In this document: one piece after another, positions 8,104 through 17,854 of the stretch
Layout: each line of letters opens with the position of its first letter
Numbering within the stretch: position 1 is the stretch's first letter
Assembly: GCA_964456425.1 (NCBI GenBank)
Contig: CAYWAX010000002.1
Location: 1-33,442 of the forward strand
Origin: an uncultured Nitrospinaceae bacterium
GTDB taxonomy: Bacteria; UBA8248
Direction of reading: 5' to 3'
DNA length: 33,442 nucleotides
Position numbers and translations under genes: made by a program
The notes under the pieces: model-generated
What the model saw: only the letters and a program-made list of their open reading frames with translations
What the model was told of the DNA's origin: nothing
Databases searched by the model: none

Positions 8104-9780
8104 ATGCCAAAAATGACTGGTGCCCAATATCTTGCCGAAGCTCTTAAAGCGTATGAAGTGACACATTTATTTCATGTCCCAGCAATTCTTAGAAAAACTA
8201 TGGTTGAACTAGAAGAAAGAACTCTCATTAACCGAGTTCGAAGCCATGGAGAGAAGTCCGCGGCATACATGGCAGATGGGTATGCAAGAGCAACAGGAAA
8301 ACCCGGTATATGCGCAGCACAGGTAATTGGAGCAATGAATCTTGCTGCAGGATTACGTGATGCTTTTCTAGCAAGATCTCCAGTGATTGCTTTTACCGGA
8401 GGAAGAGTTCCAGAAACAAAATTCAGAAAAGTTTATCAAGAAATAGATGATGTCCCAACTTTTGATCCTGTCACAAAATTCAATGCCACAATAGACGATG
8501 TATCTAGAATTCCCGATATGTTAGATCAAGCTTTTCGAAGTGCAACCTCTGGATCTCCTGGTCCAGTCCATTTGCAATTTGCTGGAAATGAAGGACAACT
8601 TGATCAGCAAGAAGCAGAAATGACATTACAGGTTGATAAAAACTGTATAAAGATGCCTCCAAATAGACCAGTGGCTGATTTAAATAGTATCTCGGAAGCT
8701 GCAAAGATTCTCTCAAATTCTATGAAACCCGTTATAGTAGTTGGAGGCGGAGCTAGGTCTTCAGAAGCATCAAAAGAAGTTTTAACTCTTGCAGAGAAGT
8801 TAAATATTCCGGTAGTTACTTCACTTAATGGGAAAGATGTTTTTCCATCAACCCATCATCTTTCGGCTGGAGTAGTTGGGACATATTCAAGAGAAAGTGC
8901 AAATAAAACCGTACTTGAATCGGATTTAGTATTTTTTGTAGGAACCCAAGCTGGAGGAATGACTACACACTTTTGGGCAGTTCCTCCAATCGGAAAATCT
9001 GCGATTCAACTAGATATCGACCCAGAAGCCCTCGGCAGAAACTATCCACTCGAAGTTGGCCTGAATGGAGATGTAAAAGCTACCCTTCAAAAACTAATTG
9101 AAATTTGTGATTCTTCCACAGCAAGTAAAAGACAGAAATGGGTAGAAAAAGTAGGAATAATAGTAAAAGAATATTACGACACTTTTTCTGAACTCATGAA
9201 TTCTGAAGATATCCCAATGCGACCAGAAAGAATTTGTAAAGAAATGACAGATCACCTTCCTTCAGACGCTATGGTTGTTGTGGATACAGGACATTCTGGA
9301 ATGTGGATGGGCGGAATGTATGATTTAAGAGAACCTACACAAAACTATATGAGAAGTGCTGGTCATTTAGGTTGGGCGTTCCCTGCAGCTCTAGGGGCAA
9401 AGTGCGGTATTCCAGACAGACCTGTTATTTGTTTCACTGGAGATTCAGGATTTTGGTATCACATTGGAGATATTGAAACCGCTGTTCGATGGAATATTAA
9501 TGCAGTAATTCTTGTTAATAATAATCATTCTGGTAATCAATCCAAAAGAGGATTCGATAGAATCTACGGTGGAGAACAAACAGAGAAAGCATTCGAACTT
9601 TGGGGTCTAAGTAAAGTTAATTTCGCGAAAATTGCAGAAGATATGGGCGCATTGGGAATTCGAGTTGAAAAACCAGGTGAACTAAAAAGCGCTTTCGACC
9701 AAGCTTTTTCTGCTAATCGCCCTGTTGTTTTGGATGTAGTAAGTGAAATTAACGCCTTGGCACCAATAGCGCATAGCTAA
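8104..9780 (+). CDS. Thiamine-diphosphate-dependent enzyme, acetolactate synthase large subunit / 2-hydroxyacyl-CoA lyase-like superfamily. Substrate unknown.
   Basis: 558 aa from the ATG at 8104 (AAGGAAG SD). N-terminal Pyr domain (GAQYLAEALKAYEVTHLFHVP). ThDP motif GDSGFWYHIGDIETAVRWNINAVILVNNN. Confidence 0.85.
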   Translation: MPKMTGAQYLAEALKAYEVTHLFHVPAILRKTMVELEERTLINRVRSHGEKSAAYMADGYARATGKPGICAAQVIGAMNLAAGLRDAFLARSPVIAFTGGRVPETKFRKVYQEIDDVPTFDPVTKFNATIDDVSRIPDMLDQAFRSATSGSPGPVHLQFAGNEGQLDQQEAEMTLQVDKNCIKMPPNRPVADLNSISEAAKILSNSMKPVIVVGGGARSSEASKEVLTLAEKLNIPVVTSLNGKDVFPSTHHLSAGVVGTYSRESANKTVLESDLVFFVGTQAGGMTTHFWAVPPIGKSAIQLDIDPEALGRNYPLEVGLNGDVKATLQKLIEICDSSTASKRQKWVEKVGIIVKEYYDTFSELMNSEDIPMRPERICKEMTDHLPSDAMVVVDTGHSGMWMGGMYDLREPTQNYMRSAGHLGWAFPAALGAKCGIPDRPVICFTGDSGFWYHIGDIETAVRWNINAVILVNNNHSGNQSKRGFDRIYGGEQTEKAFELWGLSKVNFAKIAEDMGALGIRVEKPGELKSAFDQAFSANRPVVLDVVSEINALAPIAHS

Positions 9781-9798
9781 AGACAAAGAAATTTAGCT
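9775..9798. terminator. Weak AT-rich hairpin between convergent genes (possible bidirectional terminator)
   Basis: AGCTAAA(9775-9781)-N10-TTTAGCT(9792-9798) overlaps both stop codons. The stem has only 7 mostly A/T base pairs. Confidence 0.2.
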
Positions 9799-10296
9799 TT
9801 CATCTAATAGGATATCCTCGTAATCTGGAATAGCACCCTGATCTTTTTTAGCAGCAAGGGATTTTCTTTTAAATTCCATAACTAGCGTATTTTTTTGATT
9901 ATAAGCTCTTGTCAAAATCGTAACAATTCCACGATCTGGTTTTGATTTTGACTCTCTTTTCTCAATAATTTCTGATTCAGCATAGATTGTATCCCCAATA
10001 AAAACTGGATTCGGAAGTTTAATAAAAGACCATTCTAAATTTGCAATCGACCTATAAGACACATCTTCTACCGACATACCTGTAACAATCGCTAAAGTCA
10101 GTGCAGAATTTACAAGCGGCTTACCAAACTGCGTTTTTGAAGCATAGTGATAATCAAAATGTATAGGATGATTATTATTTGTAAGAAGTGTAAACCACGT
10201 ATTATCACTTTCTAAAATAGTTCTGCCAGGACGATGTTTGATTATTTCTCCAACTACAAAATCTTCAAACCATCTTCCTTTTTGATTCTTTTCCAT
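9793..10296 (-). CDS. MaoC-like (R)-specific enoyl-CoA hydratase/dehydratase (hot-dog fold)
   Basis: 167 aa. The N-terminal FEDFVVGEII and the LLTNNNHPIHFD hydratase-2-type motif are typical of mesaconyl/itaconyl-CoA hydratase-like MaoC proteins. Confidence 0.8.
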   Translation of the reverse strand: MEKNQKGRWFEDFVVGEIIKHRPGRTILESDNTWFTLLTNNNHPIHFDYHYASKTQFGKPLVNSALTLAIVTGMSVEDVSYRSIANLEWSFIKLPNPVFIGDTIYAESEIIEKRESKSKPDRGIVTILTRAYNQKNTLVMEFKRKSLAAKKDQGAIPDYEDILLDES

Positions 10297-10310
10297 TTTG
10301 TACCCTGTAT

Positions 10311-11462
10311 CTAAATTGGATAACGTTCAAGTAGACGGCGGGCAATAATTATTCTTTGTATTTCGTTAGATCCTTCTCCTACAGTTAAAAGCTTACAATC
10401 ACGGAAATAGCGCTCAACTGGCAACTCTTGAATAAATCCCATGCCGCCATGTATCTGAATAGCTTCACTTGCACAATATTCGGCTGTTTCAGAAGCAAAA
10501 AGTTTTGCCATTCCCGCTTCCAGATCACATCGTTTATTCTCACTCTTCAAATTAGCAGCTTGATAGGTCATTAATTTTGATGCATGAATACGAGTTGCCA
10601 TTTCGGACAATTTTGACTGAATTAATTGATGATGAGCGATGGGTTTCCCAAAAGTTTCCCTTTGTTGTGCATATTTTACTGAGTCTTCAAAAGCAGCTCT
10701 TGCTAAACCAACACTTCTTGCAGCAACATTAATTCTGCCACCTTCAAGTGCACTCATAATCATAGGAAAACCTTCATTCTCTTTTCCGAGAAGATTTTCA
10801 AGAGGGACTCTCGCGTCTTCAAAGATTAATTCGCTAGTTCTAAGTCCACGATATCCCATTTTTTTTAGGTGACGACTGACTTTAAATCCAGGACCTCCTT
10901 TATGTACAAGAATCCCTGAAATTCCTTTTGTTTTTGGCAACTCAGAATCTGTACGAACCAAGACACAAAACATATTGGCGTGTTCAGCATTTGAAGTCCA
11001 CATTTTTGTTCCATTAATAACCCATTGGTCTTCTTCTTTTGTCCCTTGAGTTCTCAGAGCAGCTGAATCAGAACCTGAACCCGGCTCACTTAAAGCCATA
11101 CCTGAATGCCACTCCCCAGTTGACATTTTTGGCAAATAATTTTTTTTCTGTTCATCAGTTCCATAATGTAATATCATCCAAGAAGTCATCATATGTGTCC
11201 CTAAAATTCCCGCAACACTCATCCAACCAACAGAAAGTTCTTCCATGGCAATTGCGTAACAGACTTCGTCCATCCCACCCCCACCATATTCTTCAGGAAT
11301 TGTCAGACCAAAAAAACCTAACTCCTGCATTTTTTCAACAATACCACTAGGATAACGATCCTCAAGTTCATATTCCATTGCTACAGGTTTGATTTCACGT
11401 TCAACAAAATCTTTAATCATTTTTTGAACGCTTGTTTGTAATTCATTAAATTCAAAATCCAT
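10311..11462 (-). CDS. Acyl-CoA dehydrogenase
   Basis: 383 aa with GMALSEPGSGSDSAAL, WVINGTKMWTSN, QIHGGMGFIQELPVERYFRDCKLLTVGEGSNEIQR. Confidence 0.92.
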   Translation of the reverse strand: MDFEFNELQTSVQKMIKDFVEREIKPVAMEYELEDRYPSGIVEKMQELGFFGLTIPEEYGGGGMDEVCYAIAMEELSVGWMSVAGILGTHMMTSWMILHYGTDEQKKNYLPKMSTGEWHSGMALSEPGSGSDSAALRTQGTKEEDQWVINGTKMWTSNAEHANMFCVLVRTDSELPKTKGISGILVHKGGPGFKVSRHLKKMGYRGLRTSELIFEDARVPLENLLGKENEGFPMIMSALEGGRINVAARSVGLARAAFEDSVKYAQQRETFGKPIAHHQLIQSKLSEMATRIHASKLMTYQAANLKSENKRCDLEAGMAKLFASETAEYCASEAIQIHGGMGFIQELPVERYFRDCKLLTVGEGSNEIQRIIIARRLLERYPI

Positions 11463-11507
11463 TTCATACTCTCCAATAATGATGAAACTATGAAAAATTC
11501 AACAAAA

Positions 11508-12686
11508 TCAAATTATTCCTTTTTCTTTATATTTTTGAATATCTTTTTTCGAAATTCCTAAATTCTCTAAAATCGAATCTGTATGTTCTCCTAAAATCGG
11601 AGGCTGCTCTAATCTAGGTTCAATGTTATTAAAAGAGACAGGGAATCTACACATCTTTACATTCCCATATTTTCCATTTACTTCTTTAAAAATTTCTCTT
11701 GAGATAGATTGAGGGTGATTACAAACTTCCTCAAGACCATTTACACTGCCACACGGAACACCAAATTCAAGAAAAATTTTCCTCCCCTCCTCACGTTCTT
11801 TTGTTTTCAATACAGGAAGAAAAACTTCTAATAGTGCATCCATATTCTTATATCTATTAGAATTTGATGAAAAACGAGAATCTTCAATCCATTCCTGATG
11901 TTCTAAAGCCTTAGCAAAACTTTGCCAAGTTGCTTCACTTGCACAAGCTATCGCGATCAATTTACCGTTTTTTGCAGGATATGCACCATAAGGAGCTAAT
12001 AAATGATGACCCGTTCCTATACGTTCTGGCGTATAGTTATTTTCAAAAAAATGAAAAGGGAAATATCCAAGCATACTCACCATACAATCAAACATTGAAA
12101 CATCTATTTCTTGACCTAAACCATCTTGATCCCGTTGTTTAAGAGCCATCATACAACTTAGTGCAACGAATAAACCGGTAACACCGTCACAAATAGAAAG
12201 TGCCATTTTTGCAGGCTCTTCTTTCGAACCAGTCATCTCAATAATTCCAGTTTCTGCTTGGATTAGACCATCAAAAGCTTTCATTTTTTTATAAGGTCCA
12301 TCCTGTCCATATCCCGAAGTGTGAATATAAATAATATCTTTCTTTAATTCTTTAACATTTCTATAATTGTATCCAAGCTTATCTATTGAGCCCGGACTAA
12401 AGTTTTCCAAAAAAATATCCGCATCTTGAATCAATTTATTGAGAATTTCTTTTCCATCCGGATCTTTTAGATTAAGTGTAAGACTCTTCTTATTTGGATT
12501 GACCCAAAAATGAACAGAACCCTCTCCATTAACAACATCATCCCAATGTCGTACCATATCTCCTTGGTTTGGAATTTCAATCTTAATAACCTCCGCACCA
12601 AAATCTGCGAGATGTCGAAGTCCTACAGGACCACTTATAGAAACACCAAGTGAAACTATTTTAATTCCTTCAAGAGGAAGAGACAT
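11508..12686 (-). CDS. Family III CoA-transferase (CaiB/BaiF/Frc family)
   Basis: 392 aa. The N-terminal GIKIVSLGVSISGPVGLRHLADFGAEVIKIE matches the family pattern G.rV.d.....GP.....LAd.GAeVIKvE. Central glycine-rich loop region present. Confidence 0.9.
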   Translation of the reverse strand: MSLPLEGIKIVSLGVSISGPVGLRHLADFGAEVIKIEIPNQGDMVRHWDDVVNGEGSVHFWVNPNKKSLTLNLKDPDGKEILNKLIQDADIFLENFSPGSIDKLGYNYRNVKELKKDIIYIHTSGYGQDGPYKKMKAFDGLIQAETGIIEMTGSKEEPAKMALSICDGVTGLFVALSCMMALKQRDQDGLGQEIDVSMFDCMVSMLGYFPFHFFENNYTPERIGTGHHLLAPYGAYPAKNGKLIAIACASEATWQSFAKALEHQEWIEDSRFSSNSNRYKNMDALLEVFLPVLKTKEREEGRKIFLEFGVPCGSVNGLEEVCNHPQSISREIFKEVNGKYGNVKMCRFPVSFNNIEPRLEQPPILGEHTDSILENLGISKKDIQKYKEKGII

Positions 12687-12719
12687 ATAAATTCTTTCCT
12701 TTTAAAAATTTTTTCGGTT

Positions 12720-13055
12720 TCAAATCTTTTTTAAATACTCTTGAAAATCATAAGTAAGAAAAAACAAAAATCTTATAGTGAAATCCAACGTAATAAATTC
12801 TAAGTCTTCTTTGTCGTCAGAAATCTCATTTCTCAGTTCCTCTAAAACTTCAAAAATCTCTTGCACTTCACTACTTATAGTAGACTCATTAATTTTATTT
12901 TCAGGTTGAATATCATTTTCAACGAAATTAGCAAATGAATTAATCTCGTAGGAAACGAAACAGAAAGCATGATATACCGCTTTCTCTATTTCATCTTCTC
13001 CTTTGCAATCCTTCCTCAAGTCGTTTAATTTTGCAAGTATTGATTCTACTTTCAC
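12720..13055 (-). CDS. Hypothetical acidic protein (no family recognised)
   Basis: 111 aa. GTG start with AAGAGGA SD 6 nt upstream. Glu/Asp-rich, predicted helical. I recognise no motif. Confidence 0.5.
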   Translation of the reverse strand: MKVESILAKLNDLRKDCKGEDEIEKAVYHAFCFVSYEINSFANFVENDIQPENKINESTISSEVQEIFEVLEELRNEISDDKEDLEFITLDFTIRFLFFLTYDFQEYLKKI

Positions 13056-13195
13056 TTAATATCCTCTTTTATTGACTTTAAAAATTTCCCGAAAAACATT
13101 ATCCTAATAATACTGATTATAATCATGCAGTTTAAACTTTGCGAGGCTTGAACCTTGAAAGAGTTAAAAAAAATATTCCCATTTAGGATAATATA

Positions 13196-13990
13196 ATGAA
13201 AAATACAGACCTAATTTCCTATGAAGAAAATTTAAACAAGTTTTTAAGACTCAACTCTTTTCCTGTCGCTATTAAATTCTTAAAAAACTTAGAAGAGATA
13301 CCCGAACGAACTAAAAGACCATTAAAAGATTTAAAAAATCAATTTACGACTTGCCAAGCAATTGGAATGGCTAGGAAATACGGTTGGGTAATTGCACTTG
13401 GAAAAGAAGATAGCAGTTGTGTTCTTGGTGCAATGGCACTTGGATTAGAAAAGAAATTAGATCATTACAATGAAGGTAATTTATGTATAAATTTATATAC
13501 CGAGAATCTAGATGCAGGTCGAATAAGCGAGGAAAGTGTTCCTAGACTTAATGAAAACGAATATGCTGGAATAGTTGTTAGTCCACTTAATCGAGCCTCA
13601 TTTATTCCCGACTGTATAATAATATATGGGAATAGCGCACAAATCATGAGATTAGGGCAAGCCTGGCTTTGGAAAAGGGGTGGAACTATGAGCAGTGAGT
13701 TTAGAGGAAGAATTGATTGTGCAGATATAGCAATAGCTCCATTTATTTCAGGGGAGCCACAAATGATTGTCCCTTGTACTGGAGATAGAATCTTTGGACA
13801 AGTGCAAGATCACGAAATTGCTTTTAGTTTCCCGTTCGAACTAAGCAAAGAAATAATGGAAGGTTTAGAAGGAACTCATAAGGCAGGTGGAGCAAGATAC
13901 CCTGTTACAAACTGGATGAATTACACTGGTCATTTCCCAAATTCATACGAAAACTACAAAGAAATGATACAAAAAGAAGAAAAAAACTAA
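13196..13990 (+). CDS. DUF169-family protein (COG2043-like)
   Basis: 264 aa. N-terminal [21 protein letters not shown]...[33 protein letters not shown] matches my recollection of the DUF169 N-terminal pattern. AGGA SD 7 nt upstream. Confidence 0.72.
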   Translation: MKNTDLISYEENLNKFLRLNSFPVAIKFLKNLEEIPERTKRPLKDLKNQFTTCQAIGMARKYGWVIALGKEDSSCVLGAMALGLEKKLDHYNEGNLCINLYTENLDAGRISEESVPRLNENEYAGIVVSPLNRASFIPDCIIIYGNSAQIMRLGQAWLWKRGGTMSSEFRGRIDCADIAIAPFISGEPQMIVPCTGDRIFGQVQDHEIAFSFPFELSKEIMEGLEGTHKAGGARYPVTNWMNYTGHFPNSYENYKEMIQKEEKN

Positions 13991-14244
13991 ACCTTTACTC
14001 CGGTATTCCGTAATTCAGACAAGATTTGCGAAATACCTTTTTTTGCGATTGTTCTAATTCCACGAGCAGAAACTTTTAAAGTCACCCATCTATTTTCCTC
14101 GGCTACCCAAAATCTCTTCTTGTGAATATTAGAATTAAACCTTCTTCTAGTTTTTTTATTGGAATGACTCACATTATTACCAAACATCACACCCTTGCCT
14201 GTAACGACACATCGTTTGTGAGAGAGGCTCTTAATCTTAGACAT
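13987..14244 (-). CDS. rpmB: 50S ribosomal protein L28
   Basis: 85 aa with [29 protein letters not shown], the L28 signature. Confidence 0.93.
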   Translation of the reverse strand: MSKIKSLSHKRCVVTGKGVMFGNNVSHSNKKTRRRFNSNIHKKRFWVAEENRWVTLKVSARGIRTIAKKGISQILSELRNTGVKV

Positions 14245-14245
14245 T

Positions 14246-14395
14246 TTATTTTACCTCACGAAAAAGAACATGTTTCCTACAAAAACTACAGAATTTTTTA
14301 AATTCTAGTCTATCAGGTGTAGTTCTCTTATTCTTTGTAGATGCATATCTTATTTTTTCACAATCTACACACTCTAGCAAAATTTTATCTCTCAT
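14246..14395 (-). CDS. rpmG: 50S ribosomal protein L33 (absent from the supplied ORF track)
   Basis: Hand translation of the minus strand gives [49 protein letters not shown] (49 aa). CxxC...CxxC zinc-ribbon form. The stop lies 1 nt before the rpmB ATG. Confidence 0.9.
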   Translation of the reverse strand: MRDKILLECVDCEKIRYASTKNKRTTPDRLEFKKFCSFCRKHVLFREVK

Positions 14396-14477
14396 AATCC
14401 ACTAACCTTCTTTAAGAAACACGTATGCTTGAAAAACGTGAAAGATACATCAAATTTGAGTTAAAACGCAAGTAGTA

Positions 14478-15467
14478 TTAACTTGGTTTTTTCAAAAAAC
14501 CATCTACAGGCAATTTTATACCCATTTTTTTTTCTGTAGCAAGCTTAAATATCTCCGACCCAAGCGCAACATCTTCTGAAGCCACTCCTTGGCTTAAGAA
14601 CAGATTTACTTCATCTTCTGAAGTTCTTCCAGACATAGTTCCATTTGCTAAAATTCCTATTTCTACTACTTGCCCCCAATTAATTATATTTGAGTTTACA
14701 GCACCTACTAAATCTCCACTTTCAAATTTTGCGCCTTCTAAATTATCTGTAACAATACGTCCTTGAGAAGCTTTTCTAAATGTCTCATCATCAATTTCTC
14801 GATTTGCAATCCTATTAGATCCTGCCGCAATAATTGTCGTTCCAGGTTCTATATCTTTTCCGTCAAATACAGGATTGCTAGAGTTAGTCATTGTACAAAC
14901 TATTTTTGAACCTTTAACGGCTTTGGATGGGTCATCAACAATTATCAATTCTGAATTAACTCTCTTTTCCATTTTTTTAACAAATTTTTCTCTATTATCC
15001 TTGTTCCGACTAAAAATTTTAACTTTTTTAATATTTCTTGCTAAACATATAGCTTCAAGCTGTGTACCAGCTTGTCTCCCTGTACCAATTAATCCAGCTT
15101 CTTCTATTGATTCATTCGCCATATATTTTGCAGCAATACCACTCGCTGCTCCCGTTCTTAGTTGTCCAAGTAAGTTCGCTTCCATCAAAGAAAGAAGTTC
15201 CGAACTGTTGGCATCCCAAAGTAAAAAAATAAATCGAACACCAATTCCAGGAAAAGCAGTGTAAGTTTTCAGGCCTAAATACCCTTCATTTTCTCGCATT
15301 AAACTTGCAAACATTACATGCATCATACCATCAGGAACATAAACTCTTCTTCTAGGTTGATTTGTTGCCTTCCCTTGTCCCTGTAATCTGAAACAATCTT
15401 CAACTACCCTCATCACTTCCGGCATTTTAACAAGGGATTCTATCTCTGTTTCATTTAAATAGAGCAT
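14478..15467 (-). CDS. Ornithine cyclodeaminase / mu-crystallin family protein (cyclic imine reductase or cyclodeaminase)
   Basis: 329 aa with LGLKTYTAF, QLRTGAASGIAAKYMA and the Rossmann motif GLIGTGRQAGTQLEA. Confidence 0.85.
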   Translation of the reverse strand: MLYLNETEIESLVKMPEVMRVVEDCFRLQGQGKATNQPRRRVYVPDGMMHVMFASLMRENEGYLGLKTYTAFPGIGVRFIFLLWDANSSELLSLMEANLLGQLRTGAASGIAAKYMANESIEEAGLIGTGRQAGTQLEAICLARNIKKVKIFSRNKDNREKFVKKMEKRVNSELIIVDDPSKAVKGSKIVCTMTNSSNPVFDGKDIEPGTTIIAAGSNRIANREIDDETFRKASQGRIVTDNLEGAKFESGDLVGAVNSNIINWGQVVEIGILANGTMSGRTSEDEVNLFLSQGVASEDVALGSEIFKLATEKKMGIKLPVDGFLKKPS

Positions 15468-15503
15468 ACAAAACTCCTTTACTCAGATATATACAAGTTG
15501 AAT

Positions 15504-16604
15504 TTATACTCGAAATTTTTCAATCTTATTCATATCAATTGAAACACCGAGTCCCGGCAAATTTGGAACAGCAACCTTGCCAATATCAATTTCAATAGGA
15601 AGATCAACTATATCATCGAACATTTTATATGGACCAACAGACTCAATAGCACTAAGAACAGACTTAGAAGTAGAAGCAAGATGGATTTCAGCAATAGTCT
15701 GTGGAGAAAGACCAAATCCATGTCCAATTACTACTTCCAATCCTGCTTCTTCCAGCATGCTGATCATTTCCCTCACTTTAAACACAGATCCTTGCTTCAT
15801 AATTTTAAGTTTAACTATATCCGCGGCTTCTCGCTTAATAACTTCTAATAAACTACAATAATCAGTAACACATTCATCCGCCATGATTGGAATGTCTACA
15901 GAACGTCTAAGTTCAGCAAGATCATCCAGCTTTTCTCTGTCGAAAGGTTGTTCAAAAAGACGAATATTAGCATTTGAAACTTCTTTAATAAAATCTTGGG
16001 CTTTTTGTATATTTTCATATGATTCATTCGCATCTACTCTGATTTCGAAATCTTTTCCAGCCCCTTGTCTCACTGCTAAAACTCTTTCTATATCGCTATC
16101 TACTTCACCATTCAGTTTTACCTTGCAAGCTTTCCAACCATTTTCTTTGAATTTTTTTGCTTCAATAGATGCATCCTGATTTGATAGGACACCAATCCAA
16201 GCGTTAAAAAAAACTTCTTCAACTACGGCACCTCCTAGCAACTCACCAATAGAAACCCCAAAAGATTTTGCATGTATATCTGAAAGAGCGAGCGTAATCG
16301 CAGATTTTCCCTCCCATAATCCATTCAGAGTGGAATCCAAAATATAAGAAATTTTTCTAAAATTTCGTGGATCTTCTCCAATGAGGACTGGACACAATTT
16401 TTTTTGAACCGCTTCTGCAATATCATTTCGATTTAATCTTGTATATCCTTCTGATGGTTCCATATCACCAACCCCATCTAAGCCATTGTCTGTCTTTACA
16501 TGAACAACCATTCCTTCTTGTACATTGTGATTATGTCTTGCATTACGAAAAAACCCTCTCATGGGCATATCAATTTTATAAACATCAATATTCGATATTT
16601 TCAT
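15504..16604 (-). CDS. Enolase-superfamily enzyme (mandelate racemase / muconate lactonizing enzyme subgroup; racemase/epimerase/cycloisomerase)
   Basis: 366 aa with KVKLNG, IRVDANESY, LFEQP, IMADE, DIVKLKIMKQGS. These match the metal-ligand and catalytic-Lys spacing of MR/MLE members. Confidence 0.88.
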   Translation of the reverse strand: MKISNIDVYKIDMPMRGFFRNARHNHNVQEGMVVHVKTDNGLDGVGDMEPSEGYTRLNRNDIAEAVQKKLCPVLIGEDPRNFRKISYILDSTLNGLWEGKSAITLALSDIHAKSFGVSIGELLGGAVVEEVFFNAWIGVLSNQDASIEAKKFKENGWKACKVKLNGEVDSDIERVLAVRQGAGKDFEIRVDANESYENIQKAQDFIKEVSNANIRLFEQPFDREKLDDLAELRRSVDIPIMADECVTDYCSLLEVIKREAADIVKLKIMKQGSVFKVREMISMLEEAGLEVVIGHGFGLSPQTIAEIHLASTSKSVLSAIESVGPYKMFDDIVDLPIEIDIGKVAVPNLPGLGVSIDMNKIEKFRV

Positions 16605-16640
16605 TTATAAACTCTCATACAATAAAAAAAAAAATCAAAA

Positions 16641-17606
16641 TCAGATATCTGAAACTGATTCCCCGAATAATTCGCTAATCTCAATTACTCTATCTGTCAA
16701 ACCTTGTTCGTGTGCATACAATGTAAGTTTTTCCAACGTCTTACGATTTTTATTTACTCCATACGGCCAGTAATTTTCTCCAAAAACAGAACGAGTTTCC
16801 TCCATAAACGCAGGCAAAAAAGGAATCATCGCAGAAAGCGCTCCCGTATCGCTTAAACTTTCTATTGTTTTTTTTCTACTCTGTTCAAGAGCAGTATATA
16901 GATTCTTCAATAACCAAGGAAATTTTTCACTTATCTGTTTTCTTAATACAACACAATGCATAATAGGATGGACTTCGGTCCTTTTATAATAATCAATCTC
17001 ATCGTTTTTATAGTCAGGAAATAATCGGACAACTTTATCAGGACTCCTTAAGAAGGATAAAGGAACCTGATGTATAAGAGCAGCATCTATTTCACCTTTT
17101 TCAAGCATATCTGATAAATTTGTATCTTTAGGGATTAAGCTTATTTGACAACCATCGGGCATTTCAATGGGGACCCTAGGTTCTTTAGCAGAAACCCAAT
17201 CTACGGTTTTAATGTCTAAACCATACTCTTCCTTTAATATTCCTATTATCCATACAACTGCAGTCATACCCCATTCTCTAATGCCAATTTTCTTTCCATT
17301 TAAATCAGAAGGAGTTTTAATTCCTGAGTTAGAGTTAGCATAAACCATAGAATGTCTAAAAACACGACTAGGAAAGGCTGGGATCCCTACAAAAGGAGAA
17401 TTTCCCTTCCCAAGCAGAAATAAGTGTGCTCCCATAGACATCTCAGACAAATCAAATTCTTGATATCTACACATACGATAGAAAATATCACTAGGTGAAA
17501 ACTTCAAAATTCTTAAATTTACACCTGAAGGTGAAATTCCATTAGAATCTAAAAAATGAGTTCGATCATAATCTCCAAATGCACCTGTTAGTTCCAAATT
17601 TGACAT
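16641..17606 (-). CDS. 4,5-dihydroxyphthalate decarboxylase-like protein (PhtD family, binding-protein-like fold)
   Basis: 321 aa from the ATG at 17606 (GAGGGGA SD 7 nt upstream; the GTG at 17621 would overlap that SD). GDYDRTHFL...FYRMCRYQEFDLSEMSMG...GIPAFPSRVFRHS...GMTAVVWIIGILKEEYGL matches my recollection of PhtD-type sequences. Confidence 0.68.
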   Translation of the reverse strand: MSNLELTGAFGDYDRTHFLDSNGISPSGVNLRILKFSPSDIFYRMCRYQEFDLSEMSMGAHLFLLGKGNSPFVGIPAFPSRVFRHSMVYANSNSGIKTPSDLNGKKIGIREWGMTAVVWIIGILKEEYGLDIKTVDWVSAKEPRVPIEMPDGCQISLIPKDTNLSDMLEKGEIDAALIHQVPLSFLRSPDKVVRLFPDYKNDEIDYYKRTEVHPIMHCVVLRKQISEKFPWLLKNLYTALEQSRKKTIESLSDTGALSAMIPFLPAFMEETRSVFGENYWPYGVNKNRKTLEKLTLYAHEQGLTDRVIEISELFGESVSDI

Positions 17607-17854
17607 TATTTTTCCCCTCACTTAAGTTGTATAACTTTAAAAAAATGAGATACAGAATGTCTCACAAAGTAAACCGAAGAACAATAGATATTTATTTCAT
17701 AAAACTAGATATTGACACATATGACAACCAAAAAAAAAAAAAATCAAGATAGGTTTTTTAATTGAAACTGATACAATATAAAAAAAATTGAATCAGAAAG
17801 AAAACTAAGCTATTTTAAAGAAATTTTTTCTAAAAAATATTTGAGTGCGAAAAG

